Positions 14,947 to 25,612 of a stretch of 46,437 nucleotides of DNA are shown here, piece after piece. Source of the DNA: a virus (Duplodnaviria; Caudoviricetes). The position numbers and the translations under genes are program-made. The stretch spans positions 1-46,437 of IMG/VR virus record IMGVR_UViG_3300032225_001531; one strand, 5' to 3'. The notes under the pieces are model-generated. The model had not been told where the DNA came from. It did no database searches and saw nothing but the letters and a program-made list of their open reading frames with translations. How positions within the stretch are numbered: the stretch's first letter is position 1; every line of letters starts with the position of its first letter.

Positions 14947-15168
14947 ATGTCTAGATCTAGTATACTTCGTTACTTGGGAAATGTACTTCTTATAATTGGT
15001 TATCAAATCATGTTGTGGGGAGACTTTAAATATGGATTACTTATAAAGTGTATTGGAGGAATTTTAACAATACCATTTGCAATTAAATTGCGTTTGTGGG
15101 ATGTACTTGTTTTATGTGCATTTTTTACTTCTAATGAAATTGTCAAATTAATTCATTTGTTTGTATAG
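14947..15168 (+). CDS. Small multi-pass membrane protein
   Basis: Hydrophobic segments; ATG 14947. Confidence 0.6.
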   Translation: MSRSSILRYLGNVLLIIGYQIMLWGDFKYGLLIKCIGGILTIPFAIKLRLWDVLVLCAFFTSNEIVKLIHLFV

Positions 15169-15312
15169 TCACGGAGAGACTCTAAAAGTACTGGTGGAAC
15201 CAAAGACCCCCTATGCCCTCGTCGTATGGGCATTATAAGTGACGACTGGTGCGGATGGGACTCTCTCCCGCCTGGTTTACAATTTCCAGTTAAAGAATTG
15301 GTGGCGAGCCTG
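15167..15312 (+). ncRNA. manA/wcaG-family-like cyanophage structured RNA
   Basis: Two H-type pseudoknots (atgccc/gggcat with gtcgt:acgac; ctgg/ccag with caatt:aattg); tggtgcggatggga...tcccgcc...gtggcgagcctg; upstream of polysaccharide genes. Family assignment from memory. Confidence 0.7.
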
Positions 15313-15387
15313 AAAAATCTGAGGGGAGTTGCAAAAACTCACCTTTTTTGGTATAATAACATAAATGAAATCAATGAAATCAATTAA

Positions 15388-16212
15388 ATGAATTTGCATC
15401 TAACCTATTTTGGAGATAATAATTTTTTTCCAGGTAAACAAAGAATTCGCAGACAAGCAGAAAACTTTGACATATTTTCTTCTATTAAAGAATATGGTGA
15501 GGATGATTTAAATAATAATTCTTTCTGGCAAGATTATGCTCAACCTATGATGCAAGAGCGTATTACTATGCCTGGAAAGTTTTATGGTTATTACGCCTGC
15601 AAACCTTATTTTATTTTGAAAGCACTTGAAAGTATTCCTGAAAATAATGTACTTCTCTATGTTGATTCTGGATGTGAGTTGAATAAGAATGGGTTGGAGA
15701 AACTCCAACAGTATTATGAAGAGTGTGTTGAAACTGGTGGAGTTTTCTTTTCATTAGATCTTCCAGAATGTCAATGGACAAAGATGGATACTTATCGTAG
15801 AATTATGCAAGAAAATGGTGAGTATTTAATGACTAGGCAAATCATTTCTACTACATTTCTTTTGAAAAATACTTTAATAACTAGAGAACTAGTTGGAAAG
15901 TGGAAAGATATTTGCGTAGAAGAAAATGGACATTACCTCGATGATAGTCCTTCAGAACTTCCTAACGATCCTATCTTCAGGGAGAATAGGCACGATCAAT
16001 CAATTTTGTCACTTCTTGTAAAAAACTTTGCTGAAAGTTATGACTTTACCTTTCATGAAGATGATACCTATGAGGAAGTATGGCAAAAGAATGGTCTTGG
16101 AGGATTACCTGTAGGATCAGGACAGGCAAGAGTATGGAACACTTATGGACGAGAGTTTCCTATTTGGGCAACTCGAAATGGTCAAATAGATTTTACAAAT
16201 TGTGAAGTATGA
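15388..16212 (+). CDS. Putative glycosyltransferase-like protein
   Basis: KPYFI...[18 protein letters not shown] motifs; first gene of the sugar cluster. Confidence 0.6.
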   Translation: MNLHLTYFGDNNFFPGKQRIRRQAENFDIFSSIKEYGEDDLNNNSFWQDYAQPMMQERITMPGKFYGYYACKPYFILKALESIPENNVLLYVDSGCELNKNGLEKLQQYYEECVETGGVFFSLDLPECQWTKMDTYRRIMQENGEYLMTRQIISTTFLLKNTLITRELVGKWKDICVEENGHYLDDSPSELPNDPIFRENRHDQSILSLLVKNFAESYDFTFHEDDTYEEVWQKNGLGGLPVGSGQARVWNTYGREFPIWATRNGQIDFTNCEV

Positions 16213-17210
16213 AAAAAGCATTAATTACTGGTATTACAGGACAAGATGGATCATATCTTGCCGAACTGCTTTTAGAAAAAGGATACGAAGTTCATGGAAT
16301 CATTCGCAGATCTTCATCTATCAATACTGCTCGTATTGATCACATATATCAAAATATTAAATTACATTATGGAGACTTAACAGACTCGACTAATATAGTA
16401 AGAGTTATTCAATTGGTGCAACCAGATGAGATTTATAATCTTGGTGCTCAAAGTCATGTTAAAGTATCCTTCGAGATGCCTGAATATACTGCTGATGTTG
16501 ATGCTGTGGGAACTCTTCGCATTCTTGAAGCGGTGCGTCTCTTGGGTATGGAAGACCGTGTAAGGATCTACCAGGCATCTACAAGCGAACTCTATGGACT
16601 AGTTCAGCAAACCCCACAGAAGGAGACCACACCCTTTTATCCTCGCTCTCCTTATGGTGTGGCGAAGCTTTACGGATATTGGATTGTCAAAAACTATCGT
16701 GAGGCATATGGAATGTATGCTTGTAGTGGCATTCTATTCAATCATGAATCTCCCCGTCGTGGTGAGACATTTGTAACCCGTAAGATTACTCAGGCACTTT
16801 CTAAAATTTCTGTAGGACTTCAAGATTGTTTGTATCTTGGTAATCTTAATGCAAGACGAGATTGGGGACACGCAAAAGACTTTGTAGAGGCAATGTGGTT
16901 AATGCTTCAACAAGATGAACCAGAAGACTTTGTGATTGCTACAGGTGTTCAGTATTCAGTAAAAGATTTTGTTGAAGAAGCGGCACCTTATTTTGGTATG
17001 AATATTGTGTGGTTGAATGAAGGTTTGGATACCGTTGGTTATGATAGAAATAGTAAAAAAACAGTTATTAGGGTCGATCCTAAATATTTTAGACCTGCTG
17101 AAGTAGAGACTTTGTTAGGTGATGCCTCTAAGGCAAAGGAAAAACTAGGTTGGGAACCTAAGATTTCATTTAAACAATTAGTTGAGGATATGTGCATTTA
17201 TGGACAGTGA
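16209..17210 (+). CDS. gmd: GDP-mannose 4,6-dehydratase
   Basis: [43 protein letters not shown]. Confidence 0.97.
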   Translation: MKKALITGITGQDGSYLAELLLEKGYEVHGIIRRSSSINTARIDHIYQNIKLHYGDLTDSTNIVRVIQLVQPDEIYNLGAQSHVKVSFEMPEYTADVDAVGTLRILEAVRLLGMEDRVRIYQASTSELYGLVQQTPQKETTPFYPRSPYGVAKLYGYWIVKNYREAYGMYACSGILFNHESPRRGETFVTRKITQALSKISVGLQDCLYLGNLNARRDWGHAKDFVEAMWLMLQQDEPEDFVIATGVQYSVKDFVEEAAPYFGMNIVWLNEGLDTVGYDRNSKKTVIRVDPKYFRPAEVETLLGDASKAKEKLGWEPKISFKQLVEDMCIYGQ

Positions 17211-18144
17211 TAGTAAAATTTTTGTAGCAGGGCATCGTGGATTAGTTGGGTCAGCAATTATCCGACAATTAGAAAAACAAGGTTGTAAAAATATTGTAAC
17301 TAGAAATAGAACTCAATTAGATCTTCGGATTCAAAAGAATGTTGATGAGTTCTTTATGGAGGAAAGACCTGAGTATGTCTTTTTGGGAGCTGCTAAGGTA
17401 GGTGGCATTGGATACAACAAGCAAGTACCTGCAGATTTTATTCGTGAAAATTTGCAGATTCAAACTAATGTAATTGATAATGCTTATCGTAATGGATGTA
17501 AGAAACTTCTATTTCTTGGTTCTGCCTGCATTTATCCAAAATTAGCACCTGTTCCAATTAAAGAAGAGTATTTGATGACAGGTCCTTTGGAGGAAACTAA
17601 CATTTCATATTCGTTGGCAAAGATTGCTGGATATATGATGTGTAAAAAATATACTGAACAGTATGGATTTCAAACTATTTCGGTTATGCCCAACAATCTT
17701 TATGGTATCAATGATAATTTTATTCTTGAACAATGTCATGTAATTCCAAGTTTCATTAATAAGTTTGCAACTGCAAAGGATAAGAATCTTCCTAATGTTA
17801 GTTGTTTTGGTGATGGAAGTCCAACTAGAGAATTTTTGTTCTCGGATGATCTTGCTGATGGTTTAATTTTCTTGATGAATAATTATTCCGATCCAGAGAT
17901 CATTAATATTGGACCAAATCGTGAAGTAAGTATTAAAGAACTTTCTGAATTGGTTTCTAGGGAAGTTGGATATGATGGTGAATTGATTTGGGATATTACA
18001 AAACCAAATGGAACTCCTAGAAGAGCATTAGACACTTCTAAAATGAATGATCTTGGATGGAAAGCACCAACTTCTCTTGAGGATGGACTTAAAATTACAA
18101 TCGATTGGTTCTTAAAAAATAGGAGCAATTATGTCAGAGTTTAA
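17200..18144 (+). CDS. fcl: GDP-L-fucose synthase / ColC-like epimerase-reductase
   Basis: [41 protein letters not shown]. Confidence 0.93.
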   Translation: MDSDSKIFVAGHRGLVGSAIIRQLEKQGCKNIVTRNRTQLDLRIQKNVDEFFMEERPEYVFLGAAKVGGIGYNKQVPADFIRENLQIQTNVIDNAYRNGCKKLLFLGSACIYPKLAPVPIKEEYLMTGPLEETNISYSLAKIAGYMMCKKYTEQYGFQTISVMPNNLYGINDNFILEQCHVIPSFINKFATAKDKNLPNVSCFGDGSPTREFLFSDDLADGLIFLMNNYSDPEIINIGPNREVSIKELSELVSREVGYDGELIWDITKPNGTPRRALDTSKMNDLGWKAPTSLEDGLKITIDWFLKNRSNYVRV

Positions 18145-19294
18145 GTGGCCATTGATGAAAAATTCAATCTCATTTGGAGATAGAATTAGATTAGCAAAAT
18201 TTATTTTAACTTCTGATAAGTTTACTCAAGGTAAAAAAGTAGAACAATTTGAAAAATCTTGGTCTCAATGGTTGGGATGTAAATATTCTTTATTTGTAAC
18301 TTCTGGAAGCACTGCAAATTTTCTTTTGATTGCTGCAATTATAGAAAAATATAATTTGCAACCAGGAGATAAAGTTTTAGTCCCTGCCTGTACTTGGGTT
18401 ACAAACATTAATCCAATCATTCAGTTGGGACTGACTCCTATTTTTTGTGATATTAGTTTGGATGATTATAGTTTTGATATTTCAAACTTAAAAACAATTG
18501 CTAAAAATAATCAAGATATTAAAGTTGTATTTGTAACTCATTTATTGGGTATTCCATCTAAAGTTGAAGAATATAAAAAGATCCTCCCAAATTCTCTTTT
18601 TATTGACGATGTTTGTGAGTCTCACGGATGTTTAGATGCTACTGGTGAACGTGTTGGAAAAAATAGTTTAGGTTCTACATTTAGTTTTTATTTTGGGCAC
18701 CATATGTCTACTGTAGAAGGTGGGATGGTTTCTACTAATAATAAAGAACTTTATGATCTAATGAAACTTAAAAGATCTCACGGTCTTGCTAGAGTTTCTG
18801 ATAGATTCGATGAGTATGCCCAACAGAATCCTGAGATACAGAAATCATTTTTATTTGTAAGTGATGGATATAACTTTAGGAATACTGAGTTTGGTGCAGT
18901 TCTTGGATTATCTCAGTTGAAAAGGTTAGATGCGTTTATTCAAAATCGTAGAAAGACCTATGATAAGTTTGTTAAAATTGTAAATGCTAATGAAAATTTT
19001 TATCCAATAGTCTATAATAGTGGTAATAGTTGCTTTTGCTTCCCATTTATTTGCAAAACCAAAGAGATAAAAGAAAAACTGATTCAACTTTTTCAAAAAT
19101 ATAAAATTGAATACCGTCCAGTTGTTGGGGGTAATCTGTTGAAACAACCTTATCTTAAGGAATATGCTATTACTGGAAAAATAAAAAACTTTAATGTTGA
19201 TTTAATTCACGAAAATGGTGTGTATATTGGTAATAATCAATTTGTATCTAATAATGATATGAAATTACTTGCAAAAATTGTAGGAGAAATCTAA
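18131..19294 (+). CDS. DegT/DnrJ-fold PLP enzyme, ColD-like 3-dehydratase
   Basis: SGSTAN, DDVCESHG, SFYFGHHMSTVEGG (His where aminotransferases have Lys), GYNFR. Confidence 0.85.
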   Translation: MSEFKWPLMKNSISFGDRIRLAKFILTSDKFTQGKKVEQFEKSWSQWLGCKYSLFVTSGSTANFLLIAAIIEKYNLQPGDKVLVPACTWVTNINPIIQLGLTPIFCDISLDDYSFDISNLKTIAKNNQDIKVVFVTHLLGIPSKVEEYKKILPNSLFIDDVCESHGCLDATGERVGKNSLGSTFSFYFGHHMSTVEGGMVSTNNKELYDLMKLKRSHGLARVSDRFDEYAQQNPEIQKSFLFVSDGYNFRNTEFGAVLGLSQLKRLDAFIQNRRKTYDKFVKIVNANENFYPIVYNSGNSCFCFPFICKTKEIKEKLIQLFQKYKIEYRPVVGGNLLKQPYLKEYAITGKIKNFNVDLIHENGVYIGNNQFVSNNDMKLLAKIVGEI

Positions 19295-19638
19295 TGAATA
19301 AGTTTGGAAATCTGATCGACGAGTGCATCAAAGAGACTATAGATGAAGTTCTTTCATGTGGAGAACTTCATGATGTAGAATATATTGAAACTGACAATCT
19401 GGGAGAAGTTGTTGAGAAACTTTCAATTCTTCATACCCGTATGTGGATGCTGGAAGATGCAATTCAAGAGGCAAAGAGTGATTCTGAAGTTGCTGACCTA
19501 AAACGTAAGATTGATATTTGCTTCAAAGTAAAACGACCCCGTTTGGTGCAGGCAATTAATCTTCTTGTGGATAATGCGATTGCTTCAGGAAAAACTCTCC
19601 GTGAGGACTCCGTAAAACTCTATAAAGGGGTTGGGTAA
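19294..19638 (+). CDS. Hypothetical helical protein
   Basis: 114 aa, coupled. Confidence 0.7.
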   Translation: MNKFGNLIDECIKETIDEVLSCGELHDVEYIETDNLGEVVEKLSILHTRMWMLEDAIQEAKSDSEVADLKRKIDICFKVKRPRLVQAINLLVDNAIASGKTLREDSVKLYKGVG

Positions 19639-19639
19639 T

Positions 19640-20332
19640 ATGTCACTCAAGTATATTCATCACCATTTAGGACTTGGTGACCATATCATTTGTAATGGTA
19701 TGGTACGCCATTTCTGTAAAAAGTATGACAATATAGTTCTTTTTTGTTATACTCACTACTATGATAATATCAGTCATATGTATCGTGACTTGGAAAATCT
19801 GGAAATCTTTAACTTTGATGTTGAAGATGAGGCAATAAGATTTGTGGAGAATAATTCGACAGTCAAAAATAATCTAATCAAACCAGGATTTGATAAACTT
19901 GATAGTTGTTTAGGTAGAATGACTTTTGACGAAGCATTTTATCATCTCGCCGGACTTGATTTTCAAATTAGATTTGATGAGTTTTATTTTGAAAGAGATT
20001 TGGAAAAAGAGGAAGAGGTTTGCGAAATATTAAATCCTGATGGTCAAAAATATATTTTTGTTTTGGATGATCCAAAAAGAGGATATAATATCGATATGAA
20101 TAAGGTTACGGGTGAATATAAAGTAATTCGTAATGACTATCAATTTGGTATGTTTGATTATATTAAATTGCTAGAAAATGCAGAAGAAATTCATATGATG
20201 CAAACTGGATTTTTGGATTTGGTTAATTCTTATAAAATGGATAAACCAAAAGTTTATCGACACAATTATGTAAGAAACTATCCTGCATCAATTCATTCAA
20301 AGGGGTTAAATGAGGTAACTGGAATTGACTGA
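19640..20332 (+). CDS. Hypothetical glycosyltransferase-like protein
   Basis: HHLGLGDHII N-terminal motif; cluster context. Confidence 0.55.
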   Translation: MSLKYIHHHLGLGDHIICNGMVRHFCKKYDNIVLFCYTHYYDNISHMYRDLENLEIFNFDVEDEAIRFVENNSTVKNNLIKPGFDKLDSCLGRMTFDEAFYHLAGLDFQIRFDEFYFERDLEKEEEVCEILNPDGQKYIFVLDDPKRGYNIDMNKVTGEYKVIRNDYQFGMFDYIKLLENAEEIHMMQTGFLDLVNSYKMDKPKVYRHNYVRNYPASIHSKGLNEVTGID

Positions 20333-21092
20333 GACTGGTTATATATCTTATTCTGACTCAAGATTTAATTATCCATATAAAGGATTTTGTTCAATCGTTT
20401 GTGGAATTATTGATATGGCTCTAGAGCATTATGTTGTAAATGATAATTTTAATATTGAAATATCAGAATCCCAAACCTTAAGTTTATTTGATAATATTTC
20501 TCCAAAAAATAATCACACATATGAGGTTGGGTCTTGGTGGTTGAAAAGATATTTTTCAAATCAAATTTATGAATGTCAATATAACGCGCATACTCCAGCA
20601 AATCTAGATAATCTAAAAATTAAGAATAAAGTTTATAATCATATTCTTAAAATTAAAGATGAATATTTGGATAGATTTGATAAAAAAAAGTTAGAGTTGG
20701 GAATTGATAAAGATACTTTAGGAATACAGATAAGAGGCACTGATAAAAAACAAGAACTTCCAGAGATTCAAATACAAAGTATCTTTGATTCAATTGACAA
20801 AGTTGACAAACAGAAAATATTTGTTGCCACAGATGATAAGTATTATCTGGACGGTTTGTTGAATAGATATGGCGAAAGAATTGTTTATGACAACTCACTT
20901 CAAATTAGTAGTGGATCTGAATCCATTCATCATAACTGCCTCAATCGATCTCAGATAAATGAAGAAGTATTATCTAGCGTTTATTTACTTTCAAACTGTA
21001 GTCACTTTTTGTATAGTTTTTCAAACGTTAGTTTACTAGCTCTTATTATGGGAGTCAATAATTTCCAATTCGTAGATTACCTAAACAAATGA
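20325..21092 (+). CDS. O-fucosyltransferase/NodZ(GT23)-like protein
   Basis: GIQIRGTDK, IFVATDD, LLSNC...SNVS. Confidence 0.7.
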   Translation: MTETGYISYSDSRFNYPYKGFCSIVCGIIDMALEHYVVNDNFNIEISESQTLSLFDNISPKNNHTYEVGSWWLKRYFSNQIYECQYNAHTPANLDNLKIKNKVYNHILKIKDEYLDRFDKKKLELGIDKDTLGIQIRGTDKKQELPEIQIQSIFDSIDKVDKQKIFVATDDKYYLDGLLNRYGERIVYDNSLQISSGSESIHHNCLNRSQINEEVLSSVYLLSNCSHFLYSFSNVSLLALIMGVNNFQFVDYLNK

Positions 21093-21796
21093 TTAGTATT
21101 GTAACCGGCACACTTAATCGATTGGGAATGCTCCCATCTTTAATTGAAAATACTGTGTTATCTGATGAAAGATTGGAACTGGTATTGGTTGATGGTGGAA
21201 GCACTGATGGAACTCTTGATTATATCAAGCAACTCAATCATCCACAAATTAAATTGATCGAAGTTGGTGGACGCAGTTCATATCCACACTTTATGAATCT
21301 TGGTATTCAGGCAGCAACTCACGAAGTTATTTGCCAGTGGAATGATGATGTAATTTTTTGCAATGAATGGTCTGAAGTATTCCTGGAACTTCAATCTGAT
21401 TATGATTTTTATCTTTTTAATTGGAAGTATGGTTCATACGATGATACTAAAAATCTTGAATGGTTGAAGGGACTAGATCATCACGATGGTTGGTGCCTCT
21501 GTAATGTTGCCGATTCTGGTGGTGAGATCGTAATGAATTACGGTTTATATCGTAAGAAGATTTTTAGGGAAATTGGAATGTATAATCCGGAGTATCGATA
21601 TTATTGTGCTGACGGTGATATGGCATATCGTGCTTATGCATTTGGTTACAAAGTAAAGGATCTCCGACACATTAGAGTATGTTCTCTTCCTGTTGGAAAA
21701 GTTGCAACATCACATCCAGAAGATCATTCAATCTATCAAAAAAATATGGATCTTTATCGACAAAAGATCCTTCCAGAAAGTCTTCAGTATCTTTGA
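21089..21796 (+). CDS. Glycosyltransferase family 2
   Basis: VLVDGGSTDGT, NLGI, WNDD, ADGD. Confidence 0.88.
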   Translation: MISIVTGTLNRLGMLPSLIENTVLSDERLELVLVDGGSTDGTLDYIKQLNHPQIKLIEVGGRSSYPHFMNLGIQAATHEVICQWNDDVIFCNEWSEVFLELQSDYDFYLFNWKYGSYDDTKNLEWLKGLDHHDGWCLCNVADSGGEIVMNYGLYRKKIFREIGMYNPEYRYYCADGDMAYRAYAFGYKVKDLRHIRVCSLPVGKVATSHPEDHSIYQKNMDLYRQKILPESLQYL

Positions 21797-22467
21797 ATAA
21801 TCATATCTCTATGATTTGCTAATTGATTATCGTTCTCATCAAATGGTTCTCCGATAAAAGCAAAGTTATCTAACTTACGATCTCTTTTAATAGGAGTTCC
21901 AATTCCTTCATAGTTAAAATATTCATCATTAACGAATAAACTTGTGAGTGCCTGAGGGTAGATTATCTCTTGCAGAAATCTTTGATCTACTGCACGATCT
22001 GTAACCCAAGAACTTGTTTGGATATATTGATCCATTTTTTCCTTAATATTTTCAATAAATCCTCCTTTTGCTCCCCACATTCCGGCACTAATTTCCCAGG
22101 CATGTCCTCCTGGATGATCTCTGATGATGTGAAAGTCTTTACCGGAAGCAATCCATTCTTCTACTGCTGCCACATCTCTTTCGAAGATACGAGAATCACA
22201 ATCCCTAGAAATAAAATATTCCACCCCTTCTTCTGATGCTGGTGCAAAACGCCACATAGCATTACATACATTCTGATCAACTTTAGTATTAATTAGAACA
22301 ACATTATTTGCTTCCAGATGCTCTAATACATAATTAGGTACAGAGTCATTATGGTAGACTCTCATTTGCCAATCAGGGTAAAATTTTTCTCTAACTTGAG
22401 AGTTTTTAATTGCTCCTATTGTGTATTTGGGATTATCACCGTATAATGAAAAGGACAGAACTCTCAT
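21784..22467 (-). CDS. Hypothetical glycosyltransferase-like protein (inverted in cluster)
   Basis: SFSLYG...Y..GA..N, MWRF, SRDCDSR, HIIRDHP, DQRFL. Confidence 0.75.
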   Translation of the reverse strand: MRVLSFSLYGDNPKYTIGAIKNSQVREKFYPDWQMRVYHNDSVPNYVLEHLEANNVVLINTKVDQNVCNAMWRFAPASEEGVEYFISRDCDSRIFERDVAAVEEWIASGKDFHIIRDHPGGHAWEISAGMWGAKGGFIENIKEKMDQYIQTSSWVTDRAVDQRFLQEIIYPQALTSLFVNDEYFNYEGIGTPIKRDRKLDNFAFIGEPFDENDNQLANHRDMIIQRY

Positions 22468-22493
22468 AGTATTTTCAATTTTTTATTATATAT

Positions 22494-23315
22494 ATGACTG
22501 CGAAAAAAAAGTATAATTTAGTTGGTGGTGGTTTTAACCATTATGATAATGGCAATAAGGCATCTTCAATTTACAAACAGGAATCTAAGTTTATTGAATG
22601 GGTAGATTCTGGTGCAGATGAAACATTTTATGTGGACCATGCGATCAGTCTAGCATTTGATGATGAAGATAGTCTTAAAAAATATGCTTGGTTATTAGAA
22701 TCCGCAAATATCTATCCGGAGATTATTGAAGATGTGAAGCGTAATTATTTGCATTATACAAGAGCATATGATGCAATCTTCACTCACAATCAAGAACTTG
22801 TAAATCTTCATCCAAAGTTTAAGTTTGCCCCTCTTCAAGGAAGTTGGATTCCGGAACCAAAACTTTATGAGAAGAGTAAGTTAGTCTCTATGATTTGTTC
22901 TAATAAATCTATGTGTGCTGGGCATAATCATAGATTATTATGGGCCCAAAAACTTCAAGAAAAGGTTGATTTTTATGGTCGTGGATTCAATGAGATTGAA
23001 AATAAAGAAGAAGGTCTAGTAGACTATATGTTTTCGGTTGCAATCGAAAATGCAAGTTATGAAACCTACTTTACAGAAAAGGTTCAAGATTGTTTCGCAA
23101 CCGGAACAATTCCAATTTATTATGGAGCACCAGATATTGGAAAGTTCTTTAATCCAAAAGGAATTATCACTTTGGATGATGACTTCAATGTTGATCTATT
23201 GACTTCAGAAATGTATTATGATAGACTTGATGCAGTAAAGGAAAATTTAGAAATTGTAAAAGATCTTTTAATCAATGAAGATTATATCTACCAAATTTAT
23301 TTAAAATCGGAGTAA
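22494..23315 (+). CDS. GT10-like fucosyltransferase
   Basis: YMFSVAIEN...YFTEKVQDCFATGTIPIYYG. Confidence 0.8.
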   Translation: MTAKKKYNLVGGGFNHYDNGNKASSIYKQESKFIEWVDSGADETFYVDHAISLAFDDEDSLKKYAWLLESANIYPEIIEDVKRNYLHYTRAYDAIFTHNQELVNLHPKFKFAPLQGSWIPEPKLYEKSKLVSMICSNKSMCAGHNHRLLWAQKLQEKVDFYGRGFNEIENKEEGLVDYMFSVAIENASYETYFTEKVQDCFATGTIPIYYGAPDIGKFFNPKGIITLDDDFNVDLLTSEMYYDRLDAVKENLEIVKDLLINEDYIYQIYLKSE

Positions 23316-23322
23316 TTTAAAA

Positions 23323-23943
23323 ATGCTGTTAAATTTTAGAACTATGGTTCGCAAATATAGTATGGATGTTAAAGGTATCATTCATGTTGGTGCTCATAGG
23401 GGTCAGGAGATTGAAGATTATATTAGTTGTGGTGTGCAGGACATTATTCTTTTTGAACCATTAAGTCTCAATTTTAAAATTCTCGAACAAAACGTTGGAA
23501 ACTCTAATGCCAACATTTCTGGACATCAAGTTGCATTGGGAAATGAAGAAAAAATGGTAACCATGTATTTGAGTGATAATGAACAGATGAGTAGTTCTAT
23601 TCTTAAACCAAAATTGCATCTAACTAATCATCCAACGGTAAAATTCGATGGAACTGAAGAAGTTGAAATGAAAAAACTTGATAGTTTTTCTGAAGAAACT
23701 CAAGGATTTAATTTTATCAATATGGATGTTCAGGGGTATGAATTGGAAGTTTTGAAGGGTGGGTCTGAAACTTTGAAACACGTTGATTACGTTTACTGTG
23801 AAGTGAACCGAGATGAAGTCTATGAGAATAATGCTTATATTGAAGAACTCGATGAGTTTCTTTCTGAATATCAAATGGATAGGGTAGAGACTGATTGGTC
23901 TGGCGGTATTTGGGGTGATGCCCTATATGTGAGAAAAAAATAA
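23323..23943 (+). CDS. FkbM-family methyltransferase
   Basis: HVGAHRG, FEP, MDVQGYELEVLKG. Confidence 0.9.
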   Translation: MLLNFRTMVRKYSMDVKGIIHVGAHRGQEIEDYISCGVQDIILFEPLSLNFKILEQNVGNSNANISGHQVALGNEEKMVTMYLSDNEQMSSSILKPKLHLTNHPTVKFDGTEEVEMKKLDSFSEETQGFNFINMDVQGYELEVLKGGSETLKHVDYVYCEVNRDEVYENNAYIEELDEFLSEYQMDRVETDWSGGIWGDALYVRKK

Positions 23944-24791
23944 TGGCAATAGGTTATAATCGGTTAGGTTCAAATGGAAGACTTGGAAATCAAATGTTCC
24001 AATATGCAGGACTTCGTGGTATTGCTGCACATAAAGGATATGATTGGGTAATTCCACCTTTTGATGGATATGGCGATTCCAATTATGGATTATTTGATTG
24101 TTTTAAAATGTCTTCTGTAAAAGAGGCAAATTTTGGATATATTCAGGGACAGAGTATTCAATCTGGATGCTTCCATTTCAGTCAAGAATTTTTTGATAAT
24201 TGTCCCGACAATATAAATCTTCATGATTATTTTACTACTGAAAAATATTTTAAAAATATTGAAGATTTAATCAGAAATGATTTTGAATTTAAAGATGAGA
24301 TTTTAAATCCATGTAAAGAAATATTTGATGATTTAAAAAATCCAATATTCTTACACGTAAGGCGTAGTGATTATATTGGTAGTCAGGTGCATCATCCTCT
24401 GTGCTCTCTTCAATATTATGAAAATGCACTAAAACATTTTGACGAATCATCTCCAGTATTAGTATTTTCTGATGATATTGAATGGTGTAAAGATCAAGAA
24501 TTATTCTCTTCTGATAGATTCATGTTGTCTGAATACCAAGAAAAATATCCCCAAAAGTCTGATACAAATGATGGAAAACAAAATGCATTAATTCCTTATT
24601 TTGATCTCTGTATGATGACTCTCTGCACTGGTGGTATTATTGCAAATAGTACTTTAAGTTGGTGGGGTGCCTGGTTAATCAAAAATCCAACTCAACCAAT
24701 TATTGCACCTGATCCTTGGTTTGGTCCTGGATATAACCATTACATTATGGACGATTTATTACCAAAAAATTGGATTAAAGTTGAATCATGA
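23943..24791 (+). CDS. GT11 alpha-1,2-fucosyltransferase-like
   Basis: GRLGNQMFQYA, HVRRSDY, FSDD, ANSTLSWWGAWL. Confidence 0.92.
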   Translation: MAIGYNRLGSNGRLGNQMFQYAGLRGIAAHKGYDWVIPPFDGYGDSNYGLFDCFKMSSVKEANFGYIQGQSIQSGCFHFSQEFFDNCPDNINLHDYFTTEKYFKNIEDLIRNDFEFKDEILNPCKEIFDDLKNPIFLHVRRSDYIGSQVHHPLCSLQYYENALKHFDESSPVLVFSDDIEWCKDQELFSSDRFMLSEYQEKYPQKSDTNDGKQNALIPYFDLCMMTLCTGGIIANSTLSWWGAWLIKNPTQPIIAPDPWFGPGYNHYIMDDLLPKNWIKVES

Positions 24792-25612
24792 ACTTAACAT
24801 TTTTAATGCCTTGCAGAATTGAGTCTGAAGATAGACTCAAAAATGTCATAACTTCAATTAGTTACTTACTTTATCATTTTCCGGAATGTAAAATTATAGT
24901 TAAAGAACACGATATTCAATCAATCTTTGAAGAAAAGGCACTTCCTTATATTACACAGTTGTTTGGAAAAAAACCGGAAAATTTAACTCATATTTTTGAA
25001 TATGATCCTGATAGTTTCTTTCATAAGACTCGTATCCTAAATGATCTTTTACTGGAATCAAAAACTGAAATTGTTTATAATTATGATGTAGATCATCTTC
25101 TACCAATAAGTAGTTATCATACTGCATATAATATGATCTCCCAACATGGATTTGATGCTGTCTATTGCTACGGAGTTGGTGTTTATCAGTGGTTGGTAGA
25201 TTATCCTATTGAAATGTTTGATAAATTTTTAAAATCTAGATTTGATTTAAAAGTTCTTCAACCTGGATGTAATATTTGTCCATCTGTTATGGGATTGGGG
25301 CAAATGATTCGGAGACAATCTGAAATTGATTCTTATATGTGGAATGAGAACTTTATGGCTTGGGGTCCTGAAGATTGTGAATTTCTTTATAGGATTCAAG
25401 TTATGGGATGTAGGGTGGGCAGAGTCAACGATATGTGCTATCATTTAAATCATGAGAGAACATTTAATTCTCATTATCATAATCCAAAGTGGCAATATAA
25501 TATGAATATGTGGAATCAAATTAGATCATATGATAAAGAAACTCTTGTTAAATATTACGAAGAACAAAATTATGTAAAAAATCGGAGGAATAAATTAAAT
25601 GTTGGCATTTAA
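24788..25612 (+). CDS. GT2/GT7C-like glycosyltransferase
   Basis: YDVD, NENFMAWGPED, YHLNH. Confidence 0.8.
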   Translation: MNLTFLMPCRIESEDRLKNVITSISYLLYHFPECKIIVKEHDIQSIFEEKALPYITQLFGKKPENLTHIFEYDPDSFFHKTRILNDLLLESKTEIVYNYDVDHLLPISSYHTAYNMISQHGFDAVYCYGVGVYQWLVDYPIEMFDKFLKSRFDLKVLQPGCNICPSVMGLGQMIRRQSEIDSYMWNENFMAWGPEDCEFLYRIQVMGCRVGRVNDMCYHLNHERTFNSHYHNPKWQYNMNMWNQIRSYDKETLVKYYEEQNYVKNRRNKLNVGI

